A stretch of DNA of 64,000 nucleotides from Gammaproteobacteria bacterium (GTDB taxonomy: Bacteria > Pseudomonadota > Gammaproteobacteria > GCA-001735895). The notes under the pieces are model-generated. The model saw nothing but the letters and a program-made list of their open reading frames with translations. It ran no database searches and had not been told where the DNA came from. Made by a program: the position numbers and the translations under genes. Positions 59,352 to 64,000 of the stretch are shown in pieces; positions within the stretch are counted from its first letter, which is position 1, and every line of letters begins with the position of its first letter. Where the stretch lies: contig JBNKUM010000100.1 in NCBI GenBank assembly GCA_050298595.1, positions 32,001 through 96,000 of the forward strand, given 5' to 3'.

Positions 59352-59366
59352 ACTGCGGAATCCAGG
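59352..59366. mobile_element. Solo MITE terminus
   Basis: actgcggaatccagg is identical to the last 15 bp of the 15810-15889 element. Confidence 0.75.
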
Positions 59367-59553
59367 TTCAAAATACTCATTGGCTTCGTTTGCTTTGCCT
59401 GCAATAACTTCCCAGTCTTCGTATATCAAAGCTGATTGTTCTATTATAAGTAGTCTAATAATCCGACTAGCTTTTCCTCTGTGTGTCCTCCGAGTCCTCA
59501 GTGGTAAGAATTTTCTTTCTATGCGTGCTCCTCTGAATAAGGCGATACACAAG

Positions 59554-59579
59554 AAAAAACCCCGGACTGGCCGGGGTTA
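59554..59579 (-). terminator. Rho-independent terminator of the lipoprotein gene
   Basis: Minus strand aaccccgg-ccagt-ccgggg followed by tttttt. Confidence 0.8.
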
Positions 59580-59597
59580 GTATTTATAGATAAAGGT

Positions 59598-60956
59598 TTA
59601 AGGTAGGGGATTGAAGCTTTGCTCAAATGCCCCCGTCCAGTCTGTTCCATTCGGATAGACACTTTGCAGATACACCGCATTGTTCAGTGCAGTAGAACGC
59701 CAGTCCATCGGGTCAGTTCCCTGGTTTTGTTCCTGACCGGCAAAACCATCAACGAATATTGCATTCAATAGTGAATTGCAGTCATCGTTAACATTGGCGC
59801 AAAGGTCACCGCTGAAGTAGTCAGTGTCGAGGGATAGTGCAGTTTTAATCATATCCAGTGAAGGATCGAAAGGCACCCAGCTTCCGTCGATTTCGGCTGT
59901 TGTGCGACCACCTCGGTAATTCGATGAAGTAACCGTTTTATTAATATATTCCCAGTCCATATCTTCTTCGAAGAAATAGATATCACGCTTGGTAAAAAGA
60001 TAATTGCCCAGATTGTTGTTGCGAAAAATATTGACGAATAGTGGCAGTGACATGTTCTGAATCTCTTCAATGGCGGCACCATTTCCCAGACCATCGGCCA
60101 CTGTGTAAAAATGAACATCAGGTATTTCTGTAATTCCACTAACCGGCAGAAACTGGTTAGTCATTTTTATTAAACCACGTGCGCTATAGACCTGTTGTAG
60201 CTGATTGGCCTGCAGGTCTTTTGTAATATCGATGCGCATGCCATCGGCCCAGGGATTATTACTATCGAATTGCAGGAACATATCTGCATTTTTACTGGAG
60301 GCATTAAAGTTGAAATCCATACGCATGCGTACAGGATCAGTAACGAGACGATCAGCGCTAAGTGCACTGGCGTCAACAATCATTCGGCCCTGTGCATCTG
60401 TATCATAGCTTGATTTCCAGGAGATATAGAATCCCGGCAGATCGTTTTCGGTGGGTGGGTTGGCCCGATCATAGCCGTAATACATACGAATCGTGGTCTG
60501 TGTGTCCGAGTCATCGGTGATACTGTAATGTGTCGGATCTTCGTTATCGTAATTGGTGGCCTGGATGTCATTATCGGTTTCAACAATACTACCGTCATGC
60601 ACGACTACATCGGCCAAATCAATCAGGAGGTCGGCGATACAGGTCCAGGTAGCCATGGTAGAAACCATGAAGCGGGTGGTTTTATAACCATTTTCAAAAA
60701 TGTCATCATGTTCAGCTCCCAGATAAGTACAGGGTTCGCCAGTTGAGGACTTGCTGGCCAGATCACTAGTCTGGATTTTATTAGCCAAAGACAGGTTTGC
60801 TACGGCTTTGCCACCGGTTATGCTGTCAGGCAGGTTCAGGTCTACTGTTAGATTGTCATCAGTTGTGCTGCCACTTGCGTCCGTATCCGTACCACATCCG
60901 CTAATAAAGATGCCACTGGCCAGTAACAGTGGAATAATAAGATAGGATTTTTTCAT
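59598..60956 (-). CDS. Uncharacterised acidic lipoprotein
   Basis: MKKSYL... lipobox ISGC; RBS aaggag; Asp/Thr/Asn-rich with four Cys in the mature part. Confidence 0.8.
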   Translation of the reverse strand: MKKSYLIIPLLLASGIFISGCGTDTDASGSTTDDNLTVDLNLPDSITGGKAVANLSLANKIQTSDLASKSSTGEPCTYLGAEHDDIFENGYKTTRFMVSTMATWTCIADLLIDLADVVVHDGSIVETDNDIQATNYDNEDPTHYSITDDSDTQTTIRMYYGYDRANPPTENDLPGFYISWKSSYDTDAQGRMIVDASALSADRLVTDPVRMRMDFNFNASSKNADMFLQFDSNNPWADGMRIDITKDLQANQLQQVYSARGLIKMTNQFLPVSGITEIPDVHFYTVADGLGNGAAIEEIQNMSLPLFVNIFRNNNLGNYLFTKRDIYFFEEDMDWEYINKTVTSSNYRGGRTTAEIDGSWVPFDPSLDMIKTALSLDTDYFSGDLCANVNDDCNSLLNAIFVDGFAGQEQNQGTDPMDWRSTALNNAVYLQSVYPNGTDWTGAFEQSFNPLP

Positions 60957-61003
60957 GGTTATCTCCTTGATCGTTGATTCAGTTGATTGATTTCGCATGA
61001 TAA

Positions 61004-61085
61004 AGGAGACAGGCAGTGCCGGTAGATTTGAAAAAATAATCTGCTTTTAGTGTGTTTTTAAAAAAAATCTAATTTAGTGTCTTCT
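61004..61085. promoter_or_regulatory. Back-to-back copies of bipartite motif TTTTYAAA-N16-GTCTYCT (putative alternative-sigma promoters)
   Basis: Minus 61035-61004: tttttcaaat-N15-gtctcct. Plus 61054-61085: gtttttaaaa-N15-gtcttct. Third copy at 63947-63978. Confidence 0.55.
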
Positions 61086-61114
61086 TATACAATAAAATTT
61101 TTGTTGGTCTGGAT

Positions 61115-62971
61115 ATGTTTCGAAACCTTATTCTAGTCTTTGGTCTGCTGTATTTTAGTGGCGGATTATCAGCGCAAGTGTTACTGCAGCAGGATAACCC
61201 TGCACAGTTCATCAGCTTCTGGAAGTCCAGTGTGATTAGCCCCGATGAGGATGACGCGGTACGGTTTTCTCAGGAGATATTCAAACGGCTATTGCGTGGA
61301 TGGGAGAGTAGCCGTCTTGAGCCGGGGTTATACGTGGTTGATTCCGATCAGGGACCCTGGGCGGTATCGCTGGTCGACGGCAATATACTTTTAAGTCGAC
61401 AGGCTATCAGCAGGATTTTAGATTTTGGAGCGGATCGTGCTGAGCATTTAATGGCCTTTGTACTGGCGCATGAACTGGCGCATCAGAAATCAGATGATTT
61501 ATGGCAGCATCGTTTTTTTCGGAAGACGATGAATCAGCAACAAAACAGGGGTGTTGAAATTGTCGATTTGCAAATGGATAGGCGATTGCTGCAACAGATG
61601 GAACAGCAGGAGGCGCAGGCGGATTACGATGGCATGATGCTGATGATTAGTGTGGGTTTTAATCCGCATTATGTGGTGACGAAAAAAGATTTTTTTACCG
61701 AATGGGTGGAGAATATCTGGCAAAAACCCTGCGCAACCCAGCAGGATGAGGTGTTATCCGAGGCCTGCCTGCAGGCAAAACAGCGCGCTCAACGTACTCG
61801 ATCACAGCTTAAGTCCCTGGCGGATCAGTCGGGTTTGTATCAACTGGGTGTGCAGGCTATGGTGGCGGCTGATTATCAAAAGGCGCGCTATTACTTTTCT
61901 CTGTATGGTCGAGATTTTCCCAGTCGTGCGGTTATGTCGGCCATCGGTTCTAGTCATCTGGCCGAAGCGATTCAACTGCGCAAAGAACTGATTCATAGTG
62001 GTGATTTAAACGAGGGAGATTTTTACTTTCCGCTTATTCTGGATGCGCGAGCCGGAATAGAGGCGCTGGATGAATCTGAAAAATCCACCAAAAGGGCAGG
62101 AGCCAATGAGGCTTTATCCATCCGCGAGGCTTTAGAGCGCCATGTGAAAAAGGCGGTCTATTATTTCGAAAAAGCCATTCGACTGGCACCTGAAAACAAG
62201 AAAACCTATCAGCAACTCATCAGTGCTTATCTTGCAGGCGGTAATATTCCGATGGCGCGTGGCATACTGCAGGGAAGGTATATTCCTCAGTTTGGAGAGG
62301 ACATGCTGTCCAGTCTGTTGATGGCGCTCACGATTTCTCTCGAAGGAGATCAAAAGCTTGCATTGAAAAAACTCAACGCGCTGTCAGAACAATTAGTTGA
62401 TACAGTGAATAATCAACAACCGCTTGAGGATGTGCTGCTGTTCTCGGTATTTAACAATTTAGTCGTGCTGCTAAAACAGGCTCAGAATGATGATCAGGTG
62501 ATCCCGGTGTGGAAAAAACTGGCGCGTTTAAGTCAGGGATCGGGTAATGCGAGTCTTTTTCGATTGGCTCTGTCCCGTATTAATCCTGCCTCGGCGATGG
62601 TGAATGGTGATTTGAAAGTAGCGCCTGGCGTCAATGGCCTGCGTCTGGGTAATCGTAAGATGAGGGATGATTCGGCACACAGCATCAATGAACTATGGAT
62701 TGAGGGCGATCTGTATCATGTTTATCAATATGAAACCGGGGCGCAATTTATCACTGGGGTAGATGGCAAGATCATCAGCGCCCGACAGCAGTCAGGTCAG
62801 GCAGCGATTGGAAAGCTGAAAATAGGTGATAATACAGAGCGCGCATTAGTCACTCTGGGCCTGCCGGACCGACGCCAGTATCTGGTGTCAGGAGAATACC
62901 TGGCCTATGATAGCTATGGTCTGGCGATACAGGTCAATGAAAATAAAGTGAAAGGATGGTTTTTATATTGA
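61115..62971 (+). CDS. Exported M48-family zinc metallopeptidase with TPR repeats
   Basis: Signal peptide; AFVLAHELAH, EAQAD..G....VGFNP; TPR-like YFEKAIRLAPEN. Confidence 0.82.
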   Translation: MFRNLILVFGLLYFSGGLSAQVLLQQDNPAQFISFWKSSVISPDEDDAVRFSQEIFKRLLRGWESSRLEPGLYVVDSDQGPWAVSLVDGNILLSRQAISRILDFGADRAEHLMAFVLAHELAHQKSDDLWQHRFFRKTMNQQQNRGVEIVDLQMDRRLLQQMEQQEAQADYDGMMLMISVGFNPHYVVTKKDFFTEWVENIWQKPCATQQDEVLSEACLQAKQRAQRTRSQLKSLADQSGLYQLGVQAMVAADYQKARYYFSLYGRDFPSRAVMSAIGSSHLAEAIQLRKELIHSGDLNEGDFYFPLILDARAGIEALDESEKSTKRAGANEALSIREALERHVKKAVYYFEKAIRLAPENKKTYQQLISAYLAGGNIPMARGILQGRYIPQFGEDMLSSLLMALTISLEGDQKLALKKLNALSEQLVDTVNNQQPLEDVLLFSVFNNLVVLLKQAQNDDQVIPVWKKLARLSQGSGNASLFRLALSRINPASAMVNGDLKVAPGVNGLRLGNRKMRDDSAHSINELWIEGDLYHVYQYETGAQFITGVDGKIISARQQSGQAAIGKLKIGDNTERALVTLGLPDRRQYLVSGEYLAYDSYGLAIQVNENKVKGWFLY

Positions 62972-63028
62972 TCTGTCAAGCAGGCCGCTAGTCGCTATAT
63001 ACTGTTGCTGGATAATTATGGACATGCA

Positions 63029-63940
63029 ATGACACCGAGGTCATCAGCACAACAGCAAATTGAGCTATCTCTGACTGCAGCCAGGGGTGAGGTTAAGGCG
63101 CGTGCGCAGGTGAATGAATTGATCCATCCTGTGATCGAATATCATACGGCTTTATTTTGTAAACGCTTCTGTGAACAGAATCGTTTTCAGTATCGATGCA
63201 GCCTGAATAAGCCCTGGGGTACTCAATCTGCACAGGCAGCTTTATGCGAATGGGGCAATGCGAGTTATGGCTGGATGTTAAACGATCTCACCAGCTCCAG
63301 CCGCCTGCAAAAATACCAGGCCAGGGATGGTGCCAGTCTGTTTGATTATCTGTATCGAATCGCTAATTCGCTACCATTTTACGAACGCTGGAAAGACTGG
63401 CGTTTCGGACGAAAAGTTCATGTACCGACCTATGTGATTGCGATTGATGAACACGCAAAGTCAGTTTTTTATGCCTTGAGATCCGGGCTGAATCCAGAGC
63501 TAATCGCACAACAGTTGAGACTTTCTATGCATGATGTTGAACGCATTATTCGGCACATAGTCGTCGAGTTGACCCAGCATCATCGTCTCTATCTGCTGGA
63601 TTCCCCTAAAACTCAATCCTTGACGGCCAGTGGTGAAAACGATGAGCATGAAAATGCACATCAAATAGATGTGGCAGTGATTGATGATGAATATTTGCAA
63701 CAGGATGAGCAACAATATATTAATAAGGCGTGGAAGACTCTGGATACGATAGAACAGTTTGTGCTGGAGGCACTGGTGATCAATGAACAGGATGCGAAGC
63801 AGGTACTGAAGGCTTTGAGCAGGCTGGATATCAGCATTAAAAAAGGGGTTAGGCCGGAAGATACCAGTATCCAGCAACTGTATTATTTTAAGCGCAAGTC
63901 GTTGAACAAATTGCAACAGGCACTGGAGTCCGCTGGATGA
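63029..63940 (+). CDS. Divergent sigma-70/ECF-like RNA polymerase sigma factor
   Basis: Region-2-like 'LQKYQ...GASLFDYLYRIA', internal HTH-like segment, region-4-like 'INKAWKTLDTIEQFVL...LYYFKRKSLNKLQ'. Start uncertain (63005 or 63029). Confidence 0.6.
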   Translation: MTPRSSAQQQIELSLTAARGEVKARAQVNELIHPVIEYHTALFCKRFCEQNRFQYRCSLNKPWGTQSAQAALCEWGNASYGWMLNDLTSSSRLQKYQARDGASLFDYLYRIANSLPFYERWKDWRFGRKVHVPTYVIAIDEHAKSVFYALRSGLNPELIAQQLRLSMHDVERIIRHIVVELTQHHRLYLLDSPKTQSLTASGENDEHENAHQIDVAVIDDEYLQQDEQQYINKAWKTLDTIEQFVLEALVINEQDAKQVLKALSRLDISIKKGVRPEDTSIQQLYYFKRKSLNKLQQALESAG

Positions 63941-63946
63941 AAATAA

Positions 63947-63978
63947 GTTTTCAAAAGATCACAAAGTTGCAGTCTTCT
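63947..63978 (+). promoter_or_regulatory. Third copy of the bipartite motif, upstream of a probable GTG start at the window edge
   Basis: gttttcaaaa-N15-gtcttct, same spacing as the copies at 61.0 kb. Confidence 0.5.
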
Positions 63979-64000
63979 AATCACCAGAAAACAGGTGAAA

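Overview
A 64-kb bacterial chromosomal segment, probably from a Gammaproteobacterium (inferred from gene content). It is a mosaic. (1) 1-15.7 kb is a metabolic core: gltB(partial)-gltD, gnd-zwf, ybiI-like, upp-uraA, a PLD nuclease, two head-to-head paralogous phosphoribosyltransferases, FAH, HAD and glgP. (2) 15.7-59.5 kb is a patchwork of accessory modules separated by mobile-element debris: a PilZ membrane protein; a YjfI-PspA-RHH-rhomboid-YqiJ-flotillin-giant AAA+ ATPase operon with two palindromic operators; a Kelch-repeat lipoprotein; modABC with a sigma54-like promoter; a SWIM-DUF5691-MoxR-DUF5682-VWA (yeh-like) operon; a neutral ceramidase; a GH16 lipoprotein carrying a SUEL lectin domain; and an SPFH-NfeD pair. 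It also holds a decayed integron (truncated intI, attI, three cassettes, attC sites and a group IIC-attC intron remnant). The debris includes a MITE family with IS1380-like ends (one copy with a 5-bp TSD), REP and RAYT remnants, IS3 remnants, and 47-48-bp 'TCC-loop' modules nested in other elements. (3) 59.6-64 kb is a lipoprotein / M48-TPR peptidase / divergent sigma-70-like locus in which one bipartite motif (TTTTYAAA-N16-GTCTYCT) recurs three times, each in front of a gene start. No rRNA, tRNA or CRISPR array was seen. All family calls come from motif recognition by eye, not from database searches.
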